49,984 bases of DNA from a virus (lineage: Duplodnaviria > Caudoviricetes): positions 1-49,984 of the IMG/VR virus record IMGVR_UViG_3300025110_000020. One strand, written 5' to 3'. Positions 17,028-25,452 of this stretch are shown here, piece after piece. Numbering within the stretch: the first letter of the stretch is position 1; the number at the start of each line of letters is the position of its first letter. The translations under genes and the position numbers were made by a program. Under the pieces are notes generated by a model. It worked only from the letters and a program-made list of their open reading frames with translations, did no database searches and had not been told where the DNA came from.

Positions 17028-17465
17028 ATGTCTATATTTGATCCACTATTTGATAGCTCCCCTCAGGAATTCCAGTCTCCTTCAGGACAAAAATTTTTAA
17101 TGATTAGGTCTATCGTTTACGACTCGTGGATTACATGGAAAGAAGCTTTGCCTGACGACACTAAGCAACACCCACTACTATCCCATGATGTATATAACAA
17201 TATCGTTGAATTAGCTGGTCGTATACACAAGCTTCATCAATCTTTACCTGGGTATAAACAAACTACGGAGAGCCCATTCCAATTTGTCTTATGGTGGGAT
17301 CCAACAGATACAGACGAGAATTGGAACTCAGGAAAAGTCTGTCGATTTATGATCAACGATTATTCTTCTGATGATTTAATTCATTACAACTCTCTTAAGA
17401 GAGTTACTCGTCTAAAGCTCAATCCCTTAACCAGCAGGCTCGTAGAGGCTACTGCAGTGAACTAA
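17028..17465 (+). CDS. Degenerate peptidase M15-like protein
   Basis: ITWKEA...NNIVELA.RI...PFQFVLWWDP...GKVCRF parallels FTW.EA...NI..LA...P..ITSWYRP...H..G.A.D without Zn ligands. Confidence 0.5.
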   Translation: MSIFDPLFDSSPQEFQSPSGQKFLMIRSIVYDSWITWKEALPDDTKQHPLLSHDVYNNIVELAGRIHKLHQSLPGYKQTTESPFQFVLWWDPTDTDENWNSGKVCRFMINDYSSDDLIHYNSLKRVTRLKLNPLTSRLVEATAVN

Positions 17466-17758
17466 GTTCCTAAGGTAGGATAAATATCTTTCTTGACTTC
17501 CCACGCCGCTGAGCGAGCTCCTAAAGCTCCTCTGCCTGCTTCGTCAAATACTTTAGCTTTTGATGCTTGTTCAGCAGAGCGTTGACCAAGGGTAACTATA
17601 CCTCTGCCACCTCTGTCTAAACTCTTAGCACCTCCAACACTGCCGCCATAAGACTGAGCATCCGAGTTTGCTTTCCTAGCTCGTGCCAAATATCGGCGTA
17701 CTAAAGCATCCTTATTATTGTTCCTATAAGGGGCACTTGGGTTTCCTCTTAAGGCCAA
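17462..17758 (-). CDS. Basic hypothetical protein
   Basis: ORF 17462..17860; TTG at 17758 (MALRGNPSAPY) avoids overlap with the divergent gene. Confidence 0.55.
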   Translation of the reverse strand: MALRGNPSAPYRNNNKDALVRRYLARARKANSDAQSYGGSVGGAKSLDRGGRGIVTLGQRSAEQASKAKVFDEAGRGALGARSAAWEVKKDIYPTLGT

Positions 17759-17810
17759 AGACTTGTTATTAGTTGTTTCATTTTCTATCCTAGGCAAAAT
17801 GGAACCATGA

Positions 17811-18131
17811 ATGGAGAAGACACGTTTTGACCTCGTCCCTTGGCAAGCTGTTGGAGACATCGCTGACGTTCTTGGCTACGGTGCTCGAAAGTATAGTTCT
17901 AATAACTGGTGTAGGGGAACCGAGTGGGGACGCTACTTTGCCGCATTATGTAGACACCTCTTCGCTTGGTGGAGAGGAGAGAACAATGATCCAGAAACAG
18001 GCTACTCCCACCTTGCCCACGCCGGATGTTGCCTCCTGTTCCTCATGGAATATCAAAGAAACAATTGGGGAACCGACGACAGATTCACCGGTCCAGACTC
18101 CGAAGACTTTACGAAAGGAGATGGCAGATGA
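17811..18131 (+). CDS. dATP/dGTP diphosphohydrolase domain protein (DUF5664)
   Basis: RFDLVP...VLGYGARKY..NNW..G...RH..AW..GE..DPETG.SHLAHA. Confidence 0.9.
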   Translation: MEKTRFDLVPWQAVGDIADVLGYGARKYSSNNWCRGTEWGRYFAALCRHLFAWWRGENNDPETGYSHLAHAGCCLLFLMEYQRNNWGTDDRFTGPDSEDFTKGDGR

Positions 18132-18208
18132 CTGTTAATACCTTTCTATTAGTATTAATTGTTATTGCCGCTTACTGGAACTTATTGCTGAACATCAGGA
18201 GACGATGA
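18128..18208 (+). CDS. Small TM peptide
   Basis: MTVNTFLLVLIVIAAYWNLLLNIRRR; ATGA coupling, AGGAG upstream. Confidence 0.5.
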   Translation: MTVNTFLLVLIVIAAYWNLLLNIRRR

Positions 18209-18400
18209 CTCTTCTATCTTGCTAATAACAAGCGACATATCTAATAATGTATCGATCTTCATCATCATGTCAGCAATATGTTTACTGATGAAAGGTTTCT
18301 CAGACCTAGCAGCAAAAGCTAATGCTTCCCTTAGATTCAGTTGAGCATTGTTCAATGCTTCTTCAACTGGCTTAGATAAGATCATTTCTCTTGGAATCAT
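18182..18400 (-). CDS. Conserved cyanophage hypothetical protein
   Basis: LS..VEE.L..AQ.NLREALAFAARSEKP. Confidence 0.7.
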   Translation of the reverse strand: MIPREMILSKPVEEALNNAQLNLREALAFAARSEKPFISKHIADMMMKIDTLLDMSLVISKIEESSSPDVQQ

Positions 18401-18843
18401 TTTTTCTCCTCTGTTGGGAAAGGTCTTTGATAGTTGATAGGATCTTGTTGCTCAAATTTATCTAATAATGCTGCAGCTTCCTGCATCGCTTTCATGCTCT
18501 GCTCGTGAGCCTGTAATGACTGTAATTGCTCGGCAGTGAGCTGCGGAGGATTGTTCAGTGGATTGTTCCTTGGAATAACTGGTTGCTGAATGCTTCTCAT
18601 TTCTTGTTGCACAGCTTGCATCACGATGGGAGGCACCTTATTCAATGCCTCTGCTACTTCATTCCTTGGAATAAATGTAGGCAAGGCCTTCTCCACTTGT
18701 TCTAGCCGTAGCTCCGTCTGACTCTCCCAAGCCGCCGAACGACTTATTCTGTTCCCTGCTTGTTTCTTTATTCGGTTAAAGACGGTCTGTCCACACAGCA
18801 ATCCAACCGTAGTTGTTACGACTGCTGCAATAATGCTCTCCAT
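18397..18843 (-). CDS. TM-anchored Gln-rich protein
   Basis: 148 aa, N-terminal hydrophobic helix. Confidence 0.7.
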   Translation of the reverse strand: MESIIAAVVTTTVGLLCGQTVFNRIKKQAGNRISRSAAWESQTELRLEQVEKALPTFIPRNEVAEALNKVPPIVMQAVQQEMRSIQQPVIPRNNPLNNPPQLTAEQLQSLQAHEQSMKAMQEAAALLDKFEQQDPINYQRPFPTEEKK

Positions 18844-18877
18844 TTAATCAATCCAATTGTTTCTTAGTGTATACACA

Positions 18878-19225
18878 TTACTCTCCAGGTTCAAGGACAA
18901 TTGCATCCATGTCTAATTCCATTCCAACATTTTCCTGAACCGTCTCGAGATAATCTTCAGCATCTTCCCACGTTGGAGCATATCCATTGGTCTCTTCAAA
19001 TTCCTCAACAGCAGTCTCAGACATGACAGCTATCCCTTCATTCAAATTAAAACTGATACCTGCTTCTTGACTACTGGCAATAAAGGTTTGCTTCTGTCTG
19101 AACTTCCCCTCCCAACAAGCAAGTAATGCCTCTATCAATTCGTCCTTGGAATAGTCCTGAACCTCCAGAGCTATGCGATGAAGCATGAATTGCTGCTCCT
19201 GTGTCAGCGGTGGAACTTGATTCAT
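18878..19225 (-). CDS. nblA: NblA-like protein with acidic C-terminal extension
   Basis: MNQVPPLTQEQQF.L.....VQ.YS..E....L matches the NblA LSLEQQF pattern; GGAGG RBS. Confidence 0.6.
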   Translation of the reverse strand: MNQVPPLTQEQQFMLHRIALEVQDYSKDELIEALLACWEGKFRQKQTFIASSQEAGISFNLNEGIAVMSETAVEEFEETNGYAPTWEDAEDYLETVQENVGMELDMDAIVLEPGE

Positions 19226-19604
19226 TTTTACCTCCGGTTAAAAACCAATGATCGAATACTTCACAGTGGCGTGGCTCGGTCCATACCTCAATCCTGGCAG
19301 CTCTTGCAGCAGAGAAGAAAGCTTGTGCTTTAAACCAAGACTTCCATTCCTCAGATCCTTTACGAGAATTACAACAAAAGCAAGCAGGTATAAGGTTAGA
19401 CCTCATGCTACTACCACCGTAGGTTCTTGGCCTGATGTGATCCAAGGTTAGATCCAAGGGATCTCCTTCTTCACTATGGCTTTTGCCGCAATAAGCGCAA
19501 CAACCCCATTCGTCTTTTATGGATTGACGAAAACGTCTACGTGCATCACTTCCCGAAAGATCGACAAGCTCAAACACGTAGCTACCCCAGTGTTCTGGTG
19601 TCAA
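19071..19604 (-). CDS. HNH endonuclease
   Basis: CAYCG, LTLDHIRP...GG...NL..AC..CN..KG, all intact. Confidence 0.92.
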   Translation of the reverse strand: MTPEHWGSYVFELVDLSGSDARRRFRQSIKDEWGCCAYCGKSHSEEGDPLDLTLDHIRPRTYGGSSMRSNLIPACFCCNSRKGSEEWKSWFKAQAFFSAARAARIEVWTEPRHCEVFDHWFLTGGKNESSSTADTGAAIHASSHSSGGSGLFQGRIDRGITCLLGGEVQTEANLYCQ

Positions 19605-19705
19605 ATAACGGATTCAGTTGTCTTCACGCTACAATTCCTACTAGGTAGGTTTTTGGTATTCCCTACACAAAACTCTCTACAATTAAAAGTGGCGCCCAAA
19701 TAAAA

Positions 19706-19972
19706 ATGAAAAATCTTCCAACTATCCTTGCTGCAGCAAGCTTGGCCTTGTCTGGGAGCCTTGTTGGTGTAACCATTGCAGGGTATTTCTACCTCAAATC
19801 ACCATCAACTCAAGAAAAAATTAAACAGGCATTAATTGAACAAGTCGGACCTCTGGTCGAATCTCAAATCAAGGGCGCATTACCTGGCATCGGTGGCAGT
19901 TCTTCTGGTAGCACTAGCAGCTTTCTATCTATTCCTAGTTCCACTGGGGGAGTTGTGCCAGTTCGTAAGTAA
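19706..19972 (+). CDS. Membrane protein of the conserved cyanophage cassette
   Basis: N-terminal TM, C-terminal IPSSTGGVVP. Confidence 0.7.
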   Translation: MKNLPTILAAASLALSGSLVGVTIAGYFYLKSPSTQEKIKQALIEQVGPLVESQIKGALPGIGGSSSGSTSSFLSIPSSTGGVVPVRK

Positions 19973-19977
19973 TATCA

Positions 19978-20778
19978 GTGGGCTATATACCACGGATAGG
20001 AGTCAGAGAGATATACGTTCCACCGGTTCCGACATGGGCGATTGATTTACCTTTAAGTATTCCGCAAGCACCTCCTGTTACTCTTCAGATCGGCTTCCCA
20101 ACCGTAGAGATGCCTGGTTGCGTTGAAGCTAGAGAGACACAAGGCAATAACAAATTAATAGAAGACGATCCTCAGGGAACACTAACTCTATGCTCGGGAC
20201 CAGGGATGCCCTATTTCAATCCCCCTGAATTCGATCCAAGCAAAGAATTAGTCGTTATTCCCATGGCTAACAATCCAAACATAGGAGCAGTAGGTGCCTT
20301 AGGAAGTAATACATCGGAGAATAAAAATGAATCGACTACAGAAGGAACAGGTCAAATCACTAATATTCCTGACCTCGATGTTAACGCTATTACACCTGTT
20401 AACATTGATCTTCCCTGCCCCAGACCAGGAAGCCCCCCTCCGGGAGCGTACGGCAAGTATGGTACGAAGATTGTAAAAGGTTATAAAAAGAACTCTGAAG
20501 GAGAATGTATCACGTTATATGAGGATCTTGCTTTACTCAACGTTATCAATAATTACACGCCTCCTCCTCAGACAATCCTGAATACTACTTCGATAGCTGT
20601 AGGCGCAACTCTAGGGGTGGCCCTAGTGGGCCAACCTCTCCAACAGTACTTAATGAAGATTGTGAAGCCTCTTGCGAAGAAAGTGACGAAGATTGTTCTA
20701 AAGAAGATTCTGAAGAAGCCTGAGAAGATCCGGTCTCTTCAAGAACGGAAGACTGAGCAGAGGAAGAATCGAAAGTAA
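19978..20778 (+). CDS. Conserved cyanophage Pro/Cys membrane protein
   Basis: PPVTLQIGFP.VEMPGCVE, CSGPGMP.F.P, ECITLYE, C-terminal TM and basic tail. Confidence 0.8.
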   Translation: MGYIPRIGVREIYVPPVPTWAIDLPLSIPQAPPVTLQIGFPTVEMPGCVEARETQGNNKLIEDDPQGTLTLCSGPGMPYFNPPEFDPSKELVVIPMANNPNIGAVGALGSNTSENKNESTTEGTGQITNIPDLDVNAITPVNIDLPCPRPGSPPPGAYGKYGTKIVKGYKKNSEGECITLYEDLALLNVINNYTPPPQTILNTTSIAVGATLGVALVGQPLQQYLMKIVKPLAKKVTKIVLKKILKKPEKIRSLQERKTEQRKNRK

Positions 20779-21430
20779 TAGGATCTATTGAATGACTGTG
20801 ATTTAATAGCACCCCTGGAGGCGAAGTTAATAAAACGTCTTCACAGATCACCTTGTATTTACTGGTCGGATCCCATACGATACCCTCCTTCGCTAAATTT
20901 CCACAATGCTTAAGTCGTGATATTTCATAGTCCAACACCCTTAGATTTAATGTGGCCTTCCTTAGAGCTATCTCAGTACTAGCGGCCTCTTTGCAAAGAG
21001 ACATCATCTGTTTATCTAATGGCCTACTCCATTGAGCAGTCACTCCCATGTTGAGGGAATAGTTGTCTTTCTGCAGGGTTTGCACTGTCTTGTACCACAG
21101 GATATCCCCTGGATTATCAGGAGCACCATCACCATCTATATCTCGAACATCGTATACAGGATCTTGATAAGTCTCAAAGAAAGGTTCTTTAATATTTGCT
21201 GAGCGACCTACGTATGGAGATATCGTTAACGTCTCTGATTGGCAAACGACACCATTAGTAAATCCTGACTGCATAAAATTTCCTGTCAATACTTGATATG
21301 CATTGACATTCGCTTGACCGGAAGAATTAGCTACCGGATTAGAGGTCGCAGATATTCCTCCCACATCGCTTGCCTTGACGACAGGACAAAAAGGAATTAA
21401 CATTAAGACGCTAAGAACCCTTGGTATCAC
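20585..21430 (-). CDS. Conserved cyanophage secreted protein
   Basis: Start probably GTG at 21430 overlapping the upstream TGA; signal peptide then VGGISATSNPVANSSG, NGVVCQ, SRLKHCG. Confidence 0.8.
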   Translation of the reverse strand: MIPRVLSVLMLIPFCPVVKASDVGGISATSNPVANSSGQANVNAYQVLTGNFMQSGFTNGVVCQSETLTISPYVGRSANIKEPFFETYQDPVYDVRDIDGDGAPDNPGDILWYKTVQTLQKDNYSLNMGVTAQWSRPLDKQMMSLCKEAASTEIALRKATLNLRVLDYEISRLKHCGNLAKEGIVWDPTSKYKVICEDVLLTSPPGVLLNHSHSIDPITFDSSSAQSSVLEETGSSQASSESSLEQSSSLSSQEASQSSLSTVGEVGPLGPPLELRLQLSK

Positions 21431-21915
21431 TGAGAAAATACGGAAACCGATTCTATTGTGGTGTCCGTTTCTATCGTCCTCGTTATGGTCGTGCGATTCT
21501 GAAGTCCGGGTCCTGAATAACTGGATTGAAATTGGAATGATCCCCCTGGGGTTGTCAATGTCCAATCGGGCTTGTTGTTTATATCTAAGCCTGTCCATTT
21601 AGTGGTTATCCCTGACGCAGAAGTTGTATTTGTATTGATTATGGCAGCTGGTTCTATAGATGCACCATTTAAATTAATACCTGTCCCTGTCACCGTGTAT
21701 TGCCAACCGGTAGCAAAATCCTCTGACACTATCGCCTCAGATATCACAGATCGGGACGTTGTTGTTTGTGTGAGCTGTCCGGACGAGAAGTTTGGAACGA
21801 CGGGAACCGCACCTGCAGGAGTGACAAATACAGCCGCCGCAATTACTGCATACTTCAATATCGATATGGCGCCAACAGTTTGGGCAGCCAGTTTCTCGGA
21901 TGCATGAGTAGACAT
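21427..21915 (-). CDS. Conserved cyanophage secreted protein
   Basis: Signal peptide, AVPVVPNF, FQFQSSYSGPGL, ends SVFSQ. Confidence 0.82.
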   Translation of the reverse strand: MSTHASEKLAAQTVGAISILKYAVIAAAVFVTPAGAVPVVPNFSSGQLTQTTTSRSVISEAIVSEDFATGWQYTVTGTGINLNGASIEPAAIINTNTTSASGITTKWTGLDINNKPDWTLTTPGGSFQFQSSYSGPGLQNRTTITRTIETDTTIESVSVFSQ

Positions 21916-21922
21916 AGGACAT

Positions 21923-22453
21923 CTACTTCACATTGAGAGTTGATGTAAATTGTCCAATAGCAGTAGTACCGGCTGCCCCAGCGGTCAATGAAGTTATTGT
22001 GCCACCAGCTAAACTCGAAACCCCACCAGCCAATGTACCTTTAGTACCTCCGGCAAATGTAGTAGTCGAACCAAACGCCGGAATGGACTGTACCTGACCG
22101 GTTGTGGTCGACACGGTTGAACCAGCGTTTATTGCAGGTATGGCGTCTCCTTGGTTATAACTTTCCGCAAAACTGAACTGATTTCCGGTAGTATTAATAT
22201 CGTAAGTTCCATTCAGCATTGTTGGTGCTGCAGTAGCAGAACCAGCCGTTAAGCCTCCAAACACATCACTGTTGCCAGTTCCAACTTTAATATTTGTTCC
22301 AGAGACACTGTACGTCGAAGGAAGTCGTGTAGAAACTGAACTAGCTCCATCAACAGTAAGCTGAACACTAGCACTCAAGGAGTGAGTAATGTCTGCCATT
22401 GCCGGCGCCGCAATCGAAGTGAGCAACAGCGCTGATATAGCTATGCGCTTCAT
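21923..22453 (-). CDS. Conserved cyanophage secreted protein (filament-subunit-like)
   Basis: Signal peptide AMA-ADITHSLSASVQLTVDG; Ser/Thr/Gly-rich; FSFAESY. Confidence 0.82.
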   Translation of the reverse strand: MKRIAISALLLTSIAAPAMADITHSLSASVQLTVDGASSVSTRLPSTYSVSGTNIKVGTGNSDVFGGLTAGSATAAPTMLNGTYDINTTGNQFSFAESYNQGDAIPAINAGSTVSTTTGQVQSIPAFGSTTTFAGGTKGTLAGGVSSLAGGTITSLTAGAAGTTAIGQFTSTLNVK

Positions 22454-22615
22454 AGAAAGGATTCAAAACATCTCTCTTTATAGTAGGTAATTATTTCTTA
22501 GTACAGATTTTCTTTTCTTGCCAACTCTGCATCCTGAATTGCTGTCTAATTATTTCTTGACAATGCTCACAATTACACCCCCTGTACATTAAAGGCTCGG
22601 CAGTGGCTTGAGTCA

Positions 22616-23182
22616 TTATTGATCAGGAAGTAAGTAAAGCATTTCACTTATTTTCTTTGCTGCTACATCAGCAATCTTATCAACCGGACCATCGGAATAT
22701 GTGATGATGACAGAGCCCCATGCATCTGTCTGGCCTGTTATAGGACAGGCTCTTGATAAGAATTTTCTATTAGGTAATTCCGTACATTGAGCCAAAACAA
22801 AATGCCCTATAACTTCCTCATCTCCCGGCATCCAATAACCTGTTGGAATAGGATCAACGGATGTTCTAGGAAAACTAGCTATAGGAACAATGTTTCTAGC
22901 ATCAGGCCAGTCATACAACCAGACAGATTTTATATCTCTGTTCTTATTAAGGATGCCACTTAGAAGAGCTTCTACTTTTAGTTTCTTACTTGGATCTTCC
23001 TCGAACAAAACAGTGATTGCTTCCTCGGCTCCATCATCAATAACTTTTGACTCTGTATAAGCTTTAAAACCAATTAGACCTATGGCTGAAATAGCAGATA
23101 AGCCAACGATCTTCATTAAAAACTTACTCCAATTTTGTTCTGGAGAAATGATGTTTTTAACTGTTTCTATTGCAGCTTTCAT
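22616..23182 (-). CDS. TM protein with GAF-like soluble domain
   Basis: TM near N-terminus; ACPI...WGSVII pattern. Confidence 0.6.
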   Translation of the reverse strand: MKAAIETVKNIISPEQNWSKFLMKIVGLSAISAIGLIGFKAYTESKVIDDGAEEAITVLFEEDPSKKLKVEALLSGILNKNRDIKSVWLYDWPDARNIVPIASFPRTSVDPIPTGYWMPGDEEVIGHFVLAQCTELPNRKFLSRACPITGQTDAWGSVIITYSDGPVDKIADVAAKKISEMLYLLPDQ

Positions 23183-23400
23183 AAGTAGGCCTTAGATATA
23201 TTAGTTGCAAAACCTACGAGAGTAACACCCGCTGCGAGCACTGCTGCAGCCCCAATCACCCACTTCTCTACGACTTTAAGACGTTCACGTAATTCGTCTT
23301 GCTTCTCCTCTAACCTTTCGATTTTAAGAGCTTGCACAGTTAAACGAGTTTCTTGTGCAGCGTCTGAGGCATTTACATGTGAAGGATTTTCGCAAGTCAT
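23179..23400 (-). CDS. Coiled-coil + TM small protein
   Basis: KIERLEEKQDELRERLKVVEKWVIGAAAV. Confidence 0.7.
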   Translation of the reverse strand: MTCENPSHVNASDAAQETRLTVQALKIERLEEKQDELRERLKVVEKWVIGAAAVLAAGVTLVGFATNISKAYL

Positions 23401-23843
23401 GATTTCTTAGAAGAGTCAATTACATCTGCTCCTAATATCTTTATAGGAGTTTCTACGCGGATTGTCTGAAATCCACCCCCTGTATTCATTAACGCCAACA
23501 TTTCTTTTTTACTTAGAGGCTTGTCGTCTCCGCTAGCGTCATAAGTTCCATCACCTTTCTTCTTGGCACTCTTATCCAGGCCAAAGCTAGCAAGCGACGA
23601 AGCCAGGAGACTAGCCGGAAAAGTTATATCCTGTTTTTCCCCTGACGTCAACCCAGGAATTTCTGGCAAATAATTTAAGGTCACTAATGCCCCGGACCAG
23701 GCAACCACGACCAATCTGACTAAAACTGAGATGTATTCAAACTGTTCCTCCTTGTCATCCAGCTTCTCTTTTAGCGTCTGAAAGACACCCTTCTTCTTCG
23801 GCTCTTCCTCTTGTGGAATTTTCTTATCTGCCGTAGTAGCCAT
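23397..23843 (-). CDS. Conserved cyanophage two-TM protein (possible holin)
   Basis: LVRLVVVAWSGALVTLNY...DITFPASLL...FG. Confidence 0.7.
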   Translation of the reverse strand: MATTADKKIPQEEEPKKKGVFQTLKEKLDDKEEQFEYISVLVRLVVVAWSGALVTLNYLPEIPGLTSGEKQDITFPASLLASSLASFGLDKSAKKKGDGTYDASGDDKPLSKKEMLALMNTGGGFQTIRVETPIKILGADVIDSSKKS

Positions 23844-23877
23844 TTCATTTGATTAATCTACATTAATAGTAGACGTT

Positions 23878-24060
23878 TTAAGTTGGATAGTAGGCCGGTA
23901 CTAATGTGCCTCTATCATCATCATCGTCATCGTCTTCGTTGTCACGTCTTAAGTCGTAGCCTAATGCATATGTCACAATAGCGACAGCAATAAGAGGTAT
24001 GAAAGGAAATAAGAAAGCTAATTGAATCGTTGACGGATCAGCTAGTTCATTCATGAGCAT
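23878..24060 (-). CDS. Small TM protein with Asp tract
   Basis: TM followed by DDDDDDRGTLVPAY. Confidence 0.7.
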   Translation of the reverse strand: MLMNELADPSTIQLAFLFPFIPLIAVAIVTYALGYDLRRDNEDDDDDDDRGTLVPAYYPT

Positions 24061-24205
24061 GAGATAATTTTTTGTAGGCTTTTGTAGCCTTTTTGATGAT
24101 CTTACGAGCCTCGTCTCTCGAAGTACATTTCTCTGCTTTTCTCGCGAGACGTATTAATTTATGATGTTGTTTGTTAGTCGTAATCGTAGAGTTCTGATAA
24201 TCCAT
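24047..24205 (-). CDS. Small basic protein (52 aa)
   Basis: Translated by hand: MDYQNSTITTNKQHHKLIRLARKAEKCTSRDEARKIIKKATKAYKKLSHAHE. Confidence 0.55.
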   Translation of the reverse strand: MDYQNSTITTNKQHHKLIRLARKAEKCTSRDEARKIIKKATKAYKKLSHAHE

Positions 24206-25448
24206 AAGTTGCTGCTAGTAATCCGAGTAAACTTCCTGCTGTGTGGCCTGGTCCCCATCTCATAGCCCTTCTACCTCTCTGCTTTGCTACTTCCTGTACT
24301 CCTTTAGATGTGAGCATCTCTGGGCTCTGAGATTGAACAGTAGTCTGAGTAGCAGGAGCAGGTTCTGGCTGAATGGGATCGCCACGATGATACCATGATT
24401 CCTGATGAACAGGCGTACCTGTCAGGTTGGACTGCACATAATTAACTGGACGATCTCTTAAATCCATCTTGGGATTCTGCCAATCTTGCCTATTCATGGG
24501 TGCATTCAAGGCATAAAGCCTATCCTCCATGATCTGCTGCTCAGATAGCATTCTTCTGTGTTGGGTCTGTTCTCCTGGATCCCACGTTTTGCCATAAGCT
24601 AAAGGATTTGTTTCCCCAGAAATATATTGTGCATATTTAGCAGCTGCGACATCTGATAATCCACCTTGTCTAGCTCTGACATAAGCTATTTGCCAATCGT
24701 CCTCTGCTAGTTTCGAAACTCGAGGAAAATATTGGCCAGGTTCAACAGGTCCAATCTCGGAGCTACTAGTTCTGATAGGTACAGGACTCACTAAATCATT
24801 TCCAACTCTTGCGTCCCAATTAGCTCCGTCGCCACGTAACAGAATAGAAGGATCATAGTTAACAGTACCTTCAGCCCCTAGACTCGCTCTGGCAGCGGCT
24901 ATAGCACGTTTATCTTTTTCTCTCCCCGTGCCATATGTAATGTACTCAGGATCTAGTTTAAAAATTCCAGAAGGATACTTATCTTTTCGTTTTCCCATCA
25001 AGATTTTTTCTAGTTCCTCATCGGTCACCTTGATAGGATTACCCTCAACATCTACATCCCCAGGAGCTATATCATATTGTGGAAATCTTTCTATTAGCCC
25101 TTTCTTCTCCAAATCTGACAGCATCGTTTCATTCATATTGCCCCAATTGCCAGTAGCATCTACTCTCATTTCTCTAGCAAGTCGTCGATCTCTTCGATTC
25201 TCTGCCATCTCTCTTTTGAACTGATAATCACTCTTAGCAAAAGGACCACCTGCCCCTCCTGTCATGTCTTGTAAGAATTTAGCGGTCACACCAATATCAC
25301 CAGCAACTTTTGAAACAAGCGCAGCAGCTCCCCTCTCGCCAGCTACGGCTCCCTTCCAGAGTCTGTCAGCCGTAGTTCCGTTACTAGTTGCTAAATCATC
25401 TAGGGCATCTAGAAACTGCTGTAGCATGAATTGTTCGTCTGATCTCAT
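24174..25448 (-). CDS. Hypothetical protein (possible internal virion protein)
   Basis: 424 aa, hydrophobic C-terminal helix. Confidence 0.7.
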   Translation of the reverse strand: MRSDEQFMLQQFLDALDDLATSNGTTADRLWKGAVAGERGAAALVSKVAGDIGVTAKFLQDMTGGAGGPFAKSDYQFKREMAENRRDRRLAREMRVDATGNWGNMNETMLSDLEKKGLIERFPQYDIAPGDVDVEGNPIKVTDEELEKILMGKRKDKYPSGIFKLDPEYITYGTGREKDKRAIAAARASLGAEGTVNYDPSILLRGDGANWDARVGNDLVSPVPIRTSSSEIGPVEPGQYFPRVSKLAEDDWQIAYVRARQGGLSDVAAAKYAQYISGETNPLAYGKTWDPGEQTQHRRMLSEQQIMEDRLYALNAPMNRQDWQNPKMDLRDRPVNYVQSNLTGTPVHQESWYHRGDPIQPEPAPATQTTVQSQSPEMLTSKGVQEVAKQRGRRAMRWGPGHTAGSLLGLLAATYGLSELYDYD

Positions 25449-25452
25449 TGAT

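Noticed and set aside
17811-18131. Z-genome (2-aminoadenine) system
   Set aside because: No purZ or datZ is recognisable in the window; the hydrolase alone is insufficient.
21431-21598. N-terminal extension of ORF 20585..21598
   Set aside because: It overlaps the upstream gene; a signal peptide begins at the coupled GTG at 21430.
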